Source: Alphaproteobacteria bacterium (GTDB taxonomy: Bacteria; Pseudomonadota; Alphaproteobacteria; Bin95). From it: DNA of 64,000 bases. Positions 1 to 9,840 of this stretch are shown here, in pieces (the first letter of the stretch is position 1; the number at the start of each line of letters is the position of its first letter). Location of the stretch: NCBI GenBank assembly GCA_964291285.2, contig OZ219787.1, positions 1,600,001 through 1,664,000 of the forward strand, in the 5' to 3' direction. The position numbers were made by a program, and so were the translations under genes. The notes beneath the pieces were generated by a model, which saw only the letters and a list, made by a program, of their open reading frames with translations, was not told the origin of the DNA and searched no databases.

Positions 1-534
1 GCCCGCGTGCTGGAAGGCGAGGGCGCGGAGATCGTCGAGGTCGATCCGGGTCCGCTCCAGGACTATTCGCGCGTCAACCGCATCATCCTCTGGGCGGAGG
101 CCTGGTCGATCCACGAGCAATGGCTGAAGGAGAAGCCCGAAGCCTACGGACGGCTCGGCCGCGAACGGCTGATCGCGGGCGCCTATCTCTCGGCGGGGGA
201 CTATCTCCGCGCGCTCCGGGAGCGGGGCCGCTGCACCCGGCGCATGTCGGAGGCGCTGGCCGGCGTGGACGCGCTCATCTGCGCGTCGAGCATGGAGCCC
301 GCCTGCGCCATCGAGGACGAGCCGGAAGTGCTGCGCACCTACTCTCGCCAGGCCCGCCAGCCCTTCAACGTCACCGGCCATCCGGCGCTCGCCGTGCCGG
401 CCGGATTCTCGTCCGCCGGCCTGCCGCTCTCGTTCCAGGTCGCGGGCCGGAACTTCGACGAGGCCACGATCTACCGCGCCGCCCGCGCCTATGAGCGCGC
501 GACCGGCTGGACGGACCGCCATCCGGACCTCTGA
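1..534 (+). CDS. Amidase signature family protein, C-terminal part (5' truncated by window)
   Basis: C-terminal amidase pattern 'PFNVTGHPALAVPAGFSSAGLPLSFQVAGRNFDEATIYRAARAYE'. Confidence 0.85.
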   Translation, partial: ARVLEGEGAEIVEVDPGPLQDYSRVNRIILWAEAWSIHEQWLKEKPEAYGRLGRERLIAGAYLSAGDYLRALRERGRCTRRMSEALAGVDALICASSMEPACAIEDEPEVLRTYSRQARQPFNVTGHPALAVPAGFSSAGLPLSFQVAGRNFDEATIYRAARAYERATGWTDRHPDL

Positions 535-578
535 CCCCGGAAGGCGGGAGGGCGGCGCCGCACAAGGAGGACGGACCC

Positions 579-1184
579 ATGGAGGCGCTGCTGGTGGTGG
601 ATGTGCAGAACGATTTCTGCACGGGCGGAGCCTTGGCCGTGCCGGGCGGCGAGGCGGTGGTGCCCGGCATCAACCGGCTCTGGGAGGGCTATGCCTGCAA
701 GGTGCTGACCCAGGACTGGCACCCGCCGGGCCATGCCTCCTTCGCCAGCAGCCATGAGGGCAAGCAGCCTTTCGACACAGGCATGCTGGACTATGGCGAG
801 CAGGTGCTCTGGCCGGACCATTGCGTGCAGGGCACGCCCGGCGCGGCGTTCCACCCGGAGCTGCGCACCGACGGCGCCGACCTCGTGCTGCGCAAGGGCT
901 TCCGCCCCGGCATCGACAGCTATTCGGCCTTCTTCGAGAACGACCGCACGACCCCGACGGGCCTCGCCGGCTATCTGCGCGAGCGCGGGGTGGAGCGGGT
1001 CCTGCTGACGGGGCTGGCGACGGATTTCTGCGTCGGCTTCTCGGCGCTCGACGCGCTCGCGTCCGGCTTCGAGACGGTCGTGCTGGAAGACCTCTGCCGG
1101 GGCCTTGACATGGAAGGCTCGCTCGCCCGGATGCTGGACGATATCCGCTCGAAGGGCGGGCGCATCGGGAGCGGTCTCGCCTGA
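579..1184 (+). CDS. pncA: Nicotinamidase/pyrazinamidase
   Basis: Motifs VDVQNDF, TQDWHP..H, WPDHCVQGT, KG..DSYSAF, GLATDFCV; GGAGG RBS upstream. Confidence 0.93.
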   Translation: MEALLVVDVQNDFCTGGALAVPGGEAVVPGINRLWEGYACKVLTQDWHPPGHASFASSHEGKQPFDTGMLDYGEQVLWPDHCVQGTPGAAFHPELRTDGADLVLRKGFRPGIDSYSAFFENDRTTPTGLAGYLRERGVERVLLTGLATDFCVGFSALDALASGFETVVLEDLCRGLDMEGSLARMLDDIRSKGGRIGSGLA

Positions 1185-1251
1185 CGCATTGCCAAAGCCC
1201 CGCCGCATCCCAATCTGTTAGGGGACGGCGGCGGACCGGGCGGGAGGATTC

Positions 1252-2238
1252 ATGCGCGCGTTGATCGAGCGGGGTGCGGGCTGGCTGACGACGGCGCGCG
1301 ACCGGCTGCAAATGCACGACTGGCGCGGGCCCCGGCCTTGGCTCCGCTGGACCCTCATCGGCGTCCTGCTGGTCCTGCTGCTCTGGTATCCGCTCGGCAT
1401 GGCGGTCTATACGCATATCGACGACGACACGGGCTTCGAGCCGAGGCCCACCGCCTGGGACGCCGGCGGCTCCAAGGCGGTGGCAACGGCGGCGGCCCTG
1501 GTCGAGCGCGAGATCGAGCGCTGGGCGCCCAACAAGCCCTTCTGGCACCCGGCGGCGGCGCTCGACAACATGCCGAACTACCAGCTGGGCCTGATGTATG
1601 CCGTCTCGCGCTTCGCCATCGAGATGGGCGACCAGCTGGGCCGGACGCGCGGGTCGAGCGCCATCGACGAGGACCTCGACCGGGCCGCCGGCCTGCTGAA
1701 ATACGATGGGCGCATCTGGTACTGGGGCTCGGGCGGCCTGCTGCCGGTGGCGCCGGCGCAGCAGCAATACCGCAACGCCGCCGAGGCGCTCGCCCGTTAC
1801 AATGACCGCCTTGCGAACGGCGAGGCGACCTACGACCGCCGCGCCGACAACCTGATCGCCCTGCTCGACCGGGTGGGCGCGGACCTGGGCGCCTCCAGCG
1901 CCGCCCTCGACAAGCGAGCATTGGAGACCAATGCCGGCTGGTTCGACACCATCGCCGACGACCTCCTGTTCAACGTCAAGGGCCGGCTCTACGCCTACTA
2001 CCTGCTGCTGCGCGACATCGGCACGGACTTCGACAAGGCCATCGCCGAGAAGCAGGCGAGCAAGGTCTGGCAGCAGATGCTGGCGAGCCTGCGCCAGGGC
2101 GCGGAACTCTACCCGCCCATCGTTTCCAACGGCTACGAGGACGGCCTGCTCATGCCCTCGCACCTCACCGCGCTGGGCTTCTACCTCCTCCGCGCACGCA
2201 CGCAACTGAAGGAGGTCGCCGACGCGCTGTCGAAGTAG
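1252..2238 (+). CDS. DUF2333-like membrane-anchored protein
   Basis: N-terminal TM helix; 'LDNMPNYQLG', 'GRTRGSSAIDEDL', 'RADNL' and 'HLTALGFYLLRA' resemble DUF2333. Confidence 0.7.
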   Translation: MRALIERGAGWLTTARDRLQMHDWRGPRPWLRWTLIGVLLVLLLWYPLGMAVYTHIDDDTGFEPRPTAWDAGGSKAVATAAALVEREIERWAPNKPFWHPAAALDNMPNYQLGLMYAVSRFAIEMGDQLGRTRGSSAIDEDLDRAAGLLKYDGRIWYWGSGGLLPVAPAQQQYRNAAEALARYNDRLANGEATYDRRADNLIALLDRVGADLGASSAALDKRALETNAGWFDTIADDLLFNVKGRLYAYYLLLRDIGTDFDKAIAEKQASKVWQQMLASLRQGAELYPPIVSNGYEDGLLMPSHLTALGFYLLRARTQLKEVADALSK

Positions 2239-2320
2239 GGTCGCTGTCGGTTGCATTTCTTTCCCGGACCGTTCCGGGCTACACTGCGTTCGCAATCGAT
2301 CCGCCGGAGAGAAACCGGAG

Positions 2321-2896
2321 ATGCCCGGAACCGCTTCCGCCCGTTCGCATCGACGTCGCCCGGCGACTTACCGCGATGTGCTGGATGCGCCGCCGCACAA
2401 GGTCGCCGAGGTCATTGCCGGCGAGCTTTATCTTCACCCGCGTCCGGCGTCCCTCCATGCCCTCGCATGTTCGCGTCTGGGCGGACTTCTCGACGGTCCG
2501 TTCGGTTTCGGCCGGGGCGGTCCTGGCGGATGGTGGATCATCGACGAGCCCGAACTCCATCTCGGCGACGATATTCTCGTTCCCGATCTTGCCGGCTGGC
2601 GCAGGACCACGATGCCGGACTATCCCGATGCGCCCTACTTCACGATTGCGCCGAACTGGGTTTGCGAGGTGCTGTCGCCATCGACGCGCAGTCTGGACCT
2701 CGGCGGAAAGCGGGACATTTACGCCAGGGAAGGCGTGAAACACCTCTGGTTCGTCGAACCCGTGGGCCGCAGTTTGCAGGCATTCGAACTACGCGATGGA
2801 GACTGGGCGTCCCTCGGTGCAGCCCGCAACGCTGACACAGTGTCGCTCCCGCCCTTCGACGACATAGACTTCCCGCTCGACGCCCTCTGGCCTTGA
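2321..2896 (+). CDS. Uma2 family (PD-(D/E)XK) putative endonuclease
   Basis: 'AEVIAGEL..HPRP', 'EPELHL..DILVPDLAGW', 'PNWVCEVLSPST..D...K..YAREGV.HLW.V'. Confidence 0.88.
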   Translation: MPGTASARSHRRRPATYRDVLDAPPHKVAEVIAGELYLHPRPASLHALACSRLGGLLDGPFGFGRGGPGGWWIIDEPELHLGDDILVPDLAGWRRTTMPDYPDAPYFTIAPNWVCEVLSPSTRSLDLGGKRDIYAREGVKHLWFVEPVGRSLQAFELRDGDWASLGAARNADTVSLPPFDDIDFPLDALWP

Positions 2897-2961
2897 GTCT
2901 GCCTTCACCAAATCTTGGTTGCGGGGTCAAGATCGGCCAGGATTCGATACTGCGGACTCGA

Positions 2962-3684
2962 TTAGGTTTTATCGAATTCATCTTCAATTTCATCGAGAAG
3001 GTCACGAAGAGAATCTTCGAATTCACCGGGATTGCTTCCGATTTCGTCGGCGAGATCGTCGATAGAATCATACATTGTGGGCAAGAATATGGTCATCTGG
3101 TATGATTGCCACTCCTTGTTCTTTTTTCTCATATACCAGACGGGGTTATCTTGTCGATATGCAACCATTACACTTCCATTCGTTTTGTACTGGTAGTTGC
3201 CATCGGGATTGAAAGGGTTAGGAAAAAAAGATTCTCCTGCCAGTTCCTTATTGGCTTGGTCAAGGTTACGGGTGAATTTTCTGAAAACTTCAAGCCGATG
3301 CTTGGGGGTGTTGTTCTCCCAGTCTGATATTTCCAGAATGGAGATATTAAAATTATAGGTTTCCCATTTGATGTCGTTCCATTCCATATACCAAACGGGA
3401 TTATCATCTTCATAAACAACTATCACAGTACCATTGGTTTTGAAGTAATCATCTCTATATGGATTTTCTGGATTAGGGATAGGCTCTTTGCAGGCCACCA
3501 ACGCGTCCGCTAACTCCAGCTTTCTTATGAACAGATTAAATAAGCGGAACCGATTCTTGGGCGTCAGATTCTCAACATCGATCTCGGTGACGACAGCATC
3601 GGGGTCGAACCCAGCCTGCTGAACCGAACGTTCAGCTCTCTCAACCATTTCGGTCGCCGACTCTATTCTCTCCTCATCGCACAT
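2962..3684 (-). CDS. Hypothetical protein with an internal 85-aa duplication, encoded in low-GC DNA
   Basis: Open 240-253 aa frame in AT-rich DNA; two repeats 'ENxTPKxR...PNPxNP....KTNG.V.V.Y..DNPVWYM....W..Y'; start uncertain (3684, 3702 or 3723). Confidence 0.7.
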   Translation of the reverse strand: MCDEERIESATEMVERAERSVQQAGFDPDAVVTEIDVENLTPKNRFRLFNLFIRKLELADALVACKEPIPNPENPYRDDYFKTNGTVIVVYEDDNPVWYMEWNDIKWETYNFNISILEISDWENNTPKHRLEVFRKFTRNLDQANKELAGESFFPNPFNPDGNYQYKTNGSVMVAYRQDNPVWYMRKKNKEWQSYQMTIFLPTMYDSIDDLADEIGSNPGEFEDSLRDLLDEIEDEFDKT

Positions 3685-3763
3685 GGTTTCAGCCTTCTGC
3701 ATTTCGGGCACCCGGTTGCGCAAGCGGTTGAGATTCTTGGGTTGGCGCGATGCGCCGGGCCCC

Positions 3764-4531
3764 CTACCGTGGCGCGAGCCTTATCGCGCCGTCGAGGCGG
3801 ATGGTTTCGCCGTTCATGTAGTCGTTGCGGACGATCTCCATGACGAGGGAGGCGAATTCGCGGTCGCGCCCGGTGCGCTTCGGGAAGGGCACCTGCTTGC
3901 CGAGCAGGTCGAGGGTCGAGTCCGGCAGGCCGGCGAGCAAGGGCGTGTCCATGATGCCGGGCGCGATGGTGCACACGCGCACGCCCCAGGACGCGAGGTC
4001 GCGCGCCGCCGGCAGCGTCATGCCGACGATGCCGGCCTTGGCCGACGCATAGGCGATCTGGCCGATCTGGCCTTCATAGCCCGCGACCGAGGCCGTGTTG
4101 ACGACCACGCCGCGCAGGCCCTCGCCGTTCGCCGGCTCCAGCTTCGCCATGTCCTCGGCAGCCTGCGAGAGCATGTTGAAGGAGCCGAAGAGGCAGATAT
4201 CGACGATGCGCTTGTAGTTCTCGAAGGGGATGCGCCGGCCGTTGCGGTCCACGATGCGCTGGGAGCCGCCGACGCCGGCGCAGTTGATGCAGATGCGCGC
4301 GATGCCGTGCGCCTCGCGGGCGGTTGCGATGGCCGCCCCTACGGCTTCCTCGCTCGTCACGTCGCAGGGCACCGCGAGTGCGCCGACCTCCTGCGCGGTC
4401 TCCTCGGCCAGCTCCGCATTGCGGTCGAGCAGCGCCACCCGCGCGCCCGCTTCCGCGAGCGCCGCCGCCGTTGCGCGCCCGAGACCCGACGCTCCGCCGG
4501 TCACCAGCGCCGCCACACCTGTCACGTCCAT
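3764..4531 (-). CDS. SDR oxidoreductase, 3-hydroxyacyl-CoA dehydrogenase type II-like
   Basis: VTGGASGLG, NCAG, 'NTASVAGYEGQIGQIAYASAKAGIVGMTLPAARDL', 'NGETIRLDGAIRL'. Confidence 0.9.
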   Translation of the reverse strand: MDVTGVAALVTGGASGLGRATAAALAEAGARVALLDRNAELAEETAQEVGALAVPCDVTSEEAVGAAIATAREAHGIARICINCAGVGGSQRIVDRNGRRIPFENYKRIVDICLFGSFNMLSQAAEDMAKLEPANGEGLRGVVVNTASVAGYEGQIGQIAYASAKAGIVGMTLPAARDLASWGVRVCTIAPGIMDTPLLAGLPDSTLDLLGKQVPFPKRTGRDREFASLVMEIVRNDYMNGETIRLDGAIRLAPR

Positions 4532-4641
4532 GCGCATGCCCCTCCGCATCCCGATGCGGCGCGCACTCTGCCACAACCGGCTGCTGCTTTCGACGCGCTT
4601 GATTTCCGCGTCCCCTGGTCCATTATGCACCGCTTCCGCGC

Positions 4642-4717
4642 GGCCCCTTCGTCTAGCGGTCCAGGACGCCGGCCTCTCACGCCGGAAACACGGGTTCGAG
4701 TCCCGTAGGGGTCACCA
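4642..4717 (+). tRNA. tRNA-Glu (anticodon CTC)
   Basis: 76 nt; acceptor GGCCCCT/AGGGGTC, anticodon stem CCGGC-CTCTCAC-GCCGG, T-loop GGTTCGAGTCC, encoded 3' CCA. Confidence 0.97.
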
Positions 4718-4818
4718 TTGCGCTGATATTTTGACACCGTTCCAAGGAGTTACCCTCCTTCTTTGTCCAGCCGAACCCTTCGGTTGGACGCGGCCCAGCC
4801 GGCTCGACGGAGGAGAGG

Positions 4819-6132
4819 ATGAAACGCCAGCTCCACCTGAACCTGTTCATCTACGCCCGCGGCCACCACGAGGCGGCCTGGCGGCACCCCAGGGCGCCCC
4901 GACGCGAGCTGCTGGACATCGACCATATCGTCGAGTGTGCGCGCAAGGCGGAAGCGGCGCACATGGACTCAGTCTTCCTCGCCGACACGCTGGGGCTGGC
5001 GCCCGACGCGGACCGCACGGCCCGCATGTATCTGGACCCGCTCACCACCCTGGCGGCGACCGCCATGGCGACAAGCCGTATCGGGCTCATCGGCACGGCT
5101 TCGACGACACACTCCGAGCCCTTCAATATCGCGCGCATGTTCGCCTCGCTGGACCACATCAGCCGGGGCCGGGCGGGCTGGAACATCGTGACGTCCTTCA
5201 GCATCGCCGGGGCCAACAATTTCGACAGCAGGGGCCGGCGCCCCCATGCCGATCGGTACGAGCGGGCGGACGAGTTCATGGAGGTCGCCAAGAAGCTGTG
5301 GGACAGCTGGGCGGACGACGCCATCCTGGACGACCGCAATGCCGGCTATTACTACCGCCGCGAACGGGTAAGGCCCATCGACCACCACGGTCCCCACTAC
5401 GACGTGGCGGGGCCCCTGAATATCCCGCGCAGCCCCCAGGGGTGGCCGGTGCTCGTCCAAGCCGGGTCCTCGGACACCGGCAAGACTTTCGCGGCAAGGC
5501 ACGCCGAGGCTGTCTTCACCGCCCACATGACCAAGGCGACCGCCCAGGAGTTCTACAAGGACCTGAAGGCGCGAACGGTGGCCAGCGGACGACCCGCGGA
5601 CCAGTGCCTGATCCTGCCCGGCATCAGCATGGTCATTGCCGGCACCGAAGCCGAGGCGAAGCGAATGGAACGGGAACTCAACGAGATGGCCGACGTCGGG
5701 TCGAGCCTTTCCCGCCTCTCCCAGCGCTTCGACGGACACGACTTCTCGCACATCCCCCTCGACCGCGTGCTCACGGCCCGCGACTTCCCCGACCCGGCGG
5801 AGAACCAGAGTTCGCGCGGCCGCACCGAGCTGATCGTTGGCGCCGTCACCCAGGAGACGCTGACGATGCGCCAGCTGCTGGGGAAGCTGGCCGGCGCGCG
5901 CGGGCACTTCGTCATGGCGGGAACGCCCGAGCAGGTCGCCGACACTATCGAAGAGTGGGTCGATGACGGTGCGGCCGACGGTTTCAACGTCATGCCGCTG
6001 CTTCTCCCGCACATGCTGGACGTGTTCGCCGACGAGGTCGTGCCGATCCTCAAGCGCCGCGGGCGCTTCCGTACGGAGTATGCCGGCGCAACGCTCCGCG
6101 ACCATTACGGCCTGCAGCGACCATCGGCATAG
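4819..6132 (+). CDS. LLM flavin-dependent monooxygenase, NtaA/SnaA/DszA family
   Basis: 'H.AAWRHP', 'F.AD', 'ARMFASLDHISRGRAGWNIVTS', 'PRSPQGWPVLVQAGSS', 'TLRDHYGL'. Confidence 0.9.
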   Translation: MKRQLHLNLFIYARGHHEAAWRHPRAPRRELLDIDHIVECARKAEAAHMDSVFLADTLGLAPDADRTARMYLDPLTTLAATAMATSRIGLIGTASTTHSEPFNIARMFASLDHISRGRAGWNIVTSFSIAGANNFDSRGRRPHADRYERADEFMEVAKKLWDSWADDAILDDRNAGYYYRRERVRPIDHHGPHYDVAGPLNIPRSPQGWPVLVQAGSSDTGKTFAARHAEAVFTAHMTKATAQEFYKDLKARTVASGRPADQCLILPGISMVIAGTEAEAKRMERELNEMADVGSSLSRLSQRFDGHDFSHIPLDRVLTARDFPDPAENQSSRGRTELIVGAVTQETLTMRQLLGKLAGARGHFVMAGTPEQVADTIEEWVDDGAADGFNVMPLLLPHMLDVFADEVVPILKRRGRFRTEYAGATLRDHYGLQRPSA

Positions 6133-6225
6133 CCCCTCGGGGCCGGTCCGCCGGGAGCCGGTCCGGACCGATTGGCGACGGCACGAAATGCAGGAGCGGG
6201 CCGAAGCCCGCTCCCGAAAGCGACC

Positions 6226-7215
6226 CTATTTCAGGGCTTCGTCGGTGATTGCGTGGGTCCAGGCGCCTTCCGGAGCCTTGGTGATCACCGGGTCCGAGCC
6301 GCCTTTCAGCAGCGTCTGGACGGTGCGCTCATAGTCGGCGGGGTTCAGCGCGCCGCTGCTGCCGGCGGTCAGCTTCGCGATCTCGCCCATCATGCGCTTC
6401 TGGTGCTTCTCGGTCTGGGCGCCGGTCGCGTCGTTCTCCAACACGATCTCGGCGGCAGCATCCGGGTTCGCCTCGGCCCATTTCCAGCCCTTCATCGAGG
6501 CGCGCACGAAGCGGACCATCTTGCCCTGGAACGCCGCGTCTTCCAGTGCGGACTCGAGCACGTAGATGCCGTCTTCCAGCGTGGCGACGCCCTGGTCCTC
6601 ATATTTGAACACCACAAGGTCGTCGGCCGAGAGACCGGCATCGATGACCTGCCAGTATTCGTTGTAGGTCATGGTCGAGATGCAGGCGGCCTGGCCCTGC
6701 AGGATCGGATCGACATTGAAGCCCTGCTTCAGGACGGTCACGCCTTCGGCGCTGCCGTCGGTCGGGATGCCGAGCTGGCTCATCCAGGACAGGAAGGGAT
6801 ACTCGTTGCCGAAGAACCACACGCCGATGGTCTTGCCCCGGAAGTCCTCCGGCGTCTTGATGCCGGTGTCCTTGCGGCAGGTGAGCATCATGCCGGACCG
6901 CTTGAAGGGCTGGGCGATGTTGACGAGCGGCAGACCCTTCTCGCGGGTGGCGAGCGCCGAGGGCATCCAGTCGAGGATCACGTCCGCGCCGCCGCCGGCC
7001 AGCACCTGGGGAGGCGCGATGTCGGGACCGCCCGCCTTGATTTCGACCTCCAGCCCTTCGTCGGCGTAGAAGCCCTTGTCCGCGGCCACGTAATAGCCGG
7101 CGAACTGGGCCTGCGTGACCCATTTGAGCTGAAGCGTGACCTTGTCGGCGGCCTGGGCAAGGCCGGCCGACAGGGCGAGCATCGCCGCCGCTGCAAAGAT
7201 TGCTGTCCTTCTCAT
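6226..7215 (-). CDS. ABC transporter substrate-binding protein, NMT1/THI5-like (pyrimidine uptake by context)
   Basis: Signal peptide; 'LQLKWVTQAQFAGYYVA.DKGFY..EGL.VEI..GGPDI'; located in pyrimidine operon. Confidence 0.88.
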   Translation of the reverse strand: MRRTAIFAAAAMLALSAGLAQAADKVTLQLKWVTQAQFAGYYVAADKGFYADEGLEVEIKAGGPDIAPPQVLAGGGADVILDWMPSALATREKGLPLVNIAQPFKRSGMMLTCRKDTGIKTPEDFRGKTIGVWFFGNEYPFLSWMSQLGIPTDGSAEGVTVLKQGFNVDPILQGQAACISTMTYNEYWQVIDAGLSADDLVVFKYEDQGVATLEDGIYVLESALEDAAFQGKMVRFVRASMKGWKWAEANPDAAAEIVLENDATGAQTEKHQKRMMGEIAKLTAGSSGALNPADYERTVQTLLKGGSDPVITKAPEGAWTHAITDEALK

Positions 7216-7251
7216 GTCATTCTCCCTGGCAATGAAGCGTTGCGGTTGCCG

Positions 7252-8088
7252 CTATCCCCGGATCGACGGATGCCAATGGGTGACTGTCCGCTCGACCAGC
7301 GTTACGCAACCATAGAAAGCCGATCCCGCGAAGGCTGCAACCGCAATCTCGGCCCAGACCATGTCGAGCGCCATGCGGCCGATCTCGGTCGAGATGCGGA
7401 AGCCCATCCCCACGATCGGCGTCCCGAAAAACTCTGCAACGATGGCGCCGATGAGCGCAAGGGTGGTGCAGATCTTCAGCCCGTTGAAAATGAAGGGGCC
7501 GGCCGCGGGCAGGCGCAGTTTCCAGAGCGTCTGCCAGTAGCCCGCCGCATAGGTGCGCATCAGGTCCCGCTGCATGGGCTCGGCCATGCGCAGCCCCTCT
7601 ATGGTGTTCACCAGCATCGGGAAGAAGCACATCACCACGACCACGGCGGCCTTGGACTGCCAGTCGAAGCCGAACCACATCACCATGATCGGGGCGATGC
7701 CGACGATGGGCAGGGCCGCGGCGAGGTTGCCCATGGGCAGGAGGCCCCTTTGCAGGAACGGCGAGCGGTCAACGGCAACCGCCATCAGGAACGCCGCTCC
7801 GCACCCCATGACATAGCCGGGCAGCACGGAGCGGATCACCGTCTGCACGAAATCGGCCCAGAGGACCGGCAGGTTGCCGGCGAAAGCCCCGGAGATCGCG
7901 GAGGGCGCTGGCAGGATGACTGCGGGCACACCCAGCCCGCGGACCAGCCCCTCCCAGATCGCCAGCAGCGAAACGCCGAAGATCGCCGGCACCAGCAGGC
8001 GCGTCACCCGGCCTGTCTGCCGCACCAGCAGTATGTTGGCGGCCCATCCGCCAAGCCATGCGGCGATGGCGACCCCGACCCAACTCAT
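7252..8088 (-). CDS. ABC transporter permease (SsuC/TauC-type)
   Basis: Hydrophobic; EAA-like loop 'DLMRTYAAGYWQTLWKLRLP'; ATG 8088 overlaps stop of upstream permease. Confidence 0.87.
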   Translation of the reverse strand: MSWVGVAIAAWLGGWAANILLVRQTGRVTRLLVPAIFGVSLLAIWEGLVRGLGVPAVILPAPSAISGAFAGNLPVLWADFVQTVIRSVLPGYVMGCGAAFLMAVAVDRSPFLQRGLLPMGNLAAALPIVGIAPIMVMWFGFDWQSKAAVVVVMCFFPMLVNTIEGLRMAEPMQRDLMRTYAAGYWQTLWKLRLPAAGPFIFNGLKICTTLALIGAIVAEFFGTPIVGMGFRISTEIGRMALDMVWAEIAVAAFAGSAFYGCVTLVERTVTHWHPSIRG

Positions 8089-8948
8089 CGCGGCTGCCCC
8101 GTCCGGCCGAGCACCGCGCGCTGCGCCACCCCGATGGCGCCCACCATCAGTGCCGCGCAGATTGCGGCGCCGAAGAGCGCGGACCAGATGATCAGCACCT
8201 GGCCGTAATAGCTGCCGTTCAGCATCCGCGCCCCGAAGCCGCCCTGGCTGCCGGTGGGCAGCTCGCCGATAATCGCGCCCACGAGCGCAATGGCGATGGC
8301 GACCTTCAGCGACGCGAAGAGATAGGGCAGCGAGGAGGGCCAGCGCAGCTTCCAGAAGACCTGCCAGGCGGACGCATTGTAGGTGCGCATCAGGTCGAGC
8401 TGCATGTCGTCGGGCGCGCGCAGCCCCTTCACCATGCCGACCGCCACCGGGAAGAAACTCAGATAGGCCGAGATCGCGGCCTTCGCAACGATCCCCGAGA
8501 TTCCGACATTGTAGAGCACCACGATGATCATCGGCGCGACCGCCAGGATGGGCACCGTCTGGCTTGAGATGACCCAGGGCATGACTGAGAGGTCCATCGC
8601 CCGGTTGTGAACGATCCCGACCGCCAGCAGGATCCCGAGGCCCACGCCCATGACAAAGCCCAGCAGCGTCGCCGACAGCGTGATCCAGCCGTGATAGACG
8701 AGGCTGCGCTTTGACGTGATGCGTTTCTCGACCGTGGTCTCCCAGATCTCGACGGCGACCTGGTGAGGGGCAGGCAGCACCGGGCGGTCCTGGGACATGG
8801 TGGCGGGAACGATTTCCGCCCAGCCGATCTCGACACCCGCGCGGGTAGCCTGGTCGCGCTCCCATTTTGCGTTCAGGAAAACGGCGCCGGCATACCAGAC
8901 CGCCACGACGGCAAGGCAGATTGCCGCAATCGGAAGGATGCTCCGCAT
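8085..8948 (-). CDS. ABC transporter permease (SsuC/TauC-type)
   Basis: 'PAPHQV', 'QTVPILAVAP', 'DLMRTYNASAWQVFWKLRWP'. Confidence 0.88.
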   Translation of the reverse strand: MRSILPIAAICLAVVAVWYAGAVFLNAKWERDQATRAGVEIGWAEIVPATMSQDRPVLPAPHQVAVEIWETTVEKRITSKRSLVYHGWITLSATLLGFVMGVGLGILLAVGIVHNRAMDLSVMPWVISSQTVPILAVAPMIIVVLYNVGISGIVAKAAISAYLSFFPVAVGMVKGLRAPDDMQLDLMRTYNASAWQVFWKLRWPSSLPYLFASLKVAIAIALVGAIIGELPTGSQGGFGARMLNGSYYGQVLIIWSALFGAAICAALMVGAIGVAQRAVLGRTGQPR

Positions 8949-8993
8949 CAGTCCCGCCGCGCCGCCGGCCGGAGTGCCGCGCCGGCAGCAGCC

Positions 8994-9779
8994 TCACTCG
9001 TCATAGCTGTGTCCTGCGCGCAGGCCTTCGCGCACCCGCCCGGCCAGTTCCAGGAAGGCCGCGCTCTCGCGGATGTCGAGCGGACGCTCGGCCGGCAACG
9101 GGCTCTCGATCACGTCGATGATCCGTCCGGGCCTCGGGCTCATCACCACGATCTTGGTCGAGAGGTAAACCGCTTCCGGGATCGAGTGGGTGACGAAGCA
9201 GACGGTCTTGCCCGTCCGCGCATGCAGCGCCAGCAACTGCTCGTTCAGGTGGTCGCGCACGATCTCGTCGAGCGCGCCGAAAGGCTCGTCCATCAGCAGC
9301 AGGTCCGCGTCGAATGAGAGCGCGCGCGCAATCGACGCCCTTTGCTGCATACCGCCCGAAAGCTGCCAGGGGAACATGCGGCCGAAGTCGCCGAGGCCGA
9401 CAAGGTCGAGAACGCGGCTCACCCGCTCCGCCCGTTCCTTCGCGGAGTAGCCCATGACCTCCAGCGGCAGGCGCACATTCTTCTCGATGGTGCGCCAGGG
9501 ATAGAGCCCCGCCGCCTGGAACACGTAGCCATAGGCGCGGTTGAGCCGCGCCTCCCTCGGCGTCATCCCGTTGACGGCGATCGTGCCGCCGGTCGGTTGC
9601 TCCAGATCCGCGATCACGCGCAGCAATGTCGTCTTCCCGCAGCCCGAGGGCCCGATGAAGCTGACGAACTCGCCCGGCGCCACCTCCAGATCGACGTTCG
9701 CCAGCGCATGCACCGGCCCGTCATTGGTCTGGAAGACCAGGTCGAGCGAGGACGCGACGATCGCTCCTGCGCGAGTCAT
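8994..9779 (-). CDS. ABC transporter ATP-binding protein
   Basis: Walker A GPSGCGKT, signature LSGGMQQR, Walker B LLLMDEPF. Confidence 0.93.
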   Translation of the reverse strand: MTRAGAIVASSLDLVFQTNDGPVHALANVDLEVAPGEFVSFIGPSGCGKTTLLRVIADLEQPTGGTIAVNGMTPREARLNRAYGYVFQAAGLYPWRTIEKNVRLPLEVMGYSAKERAERVSRVLDLVGLGDFGRMFPWQLSGGMQQRASIARALSFDADLLLMDEPFGALDEIVRDHLNEQLLALHARTGKTVCFVTHSIPEAVYLSTKIVVMSPRPGRIIDVIESPLPAERPLDIRESAAFLELAGRVREGLRAGHSYDE

Positions 9780-9840
9780 CGAAGACCGCCGCCCCGGCGC
9801 CGGCGAAGCGCCTGTCCGGGCGGTCTCGCGCCCGGCGGAC

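Noticed and set aside
4690-4717. tRNA-Glu 3' end as attachment site of the integrase element
   Set aside because: No second copy seen in the window; the element ends are explained by the ACACCAG core inside the Ldh_2 gene
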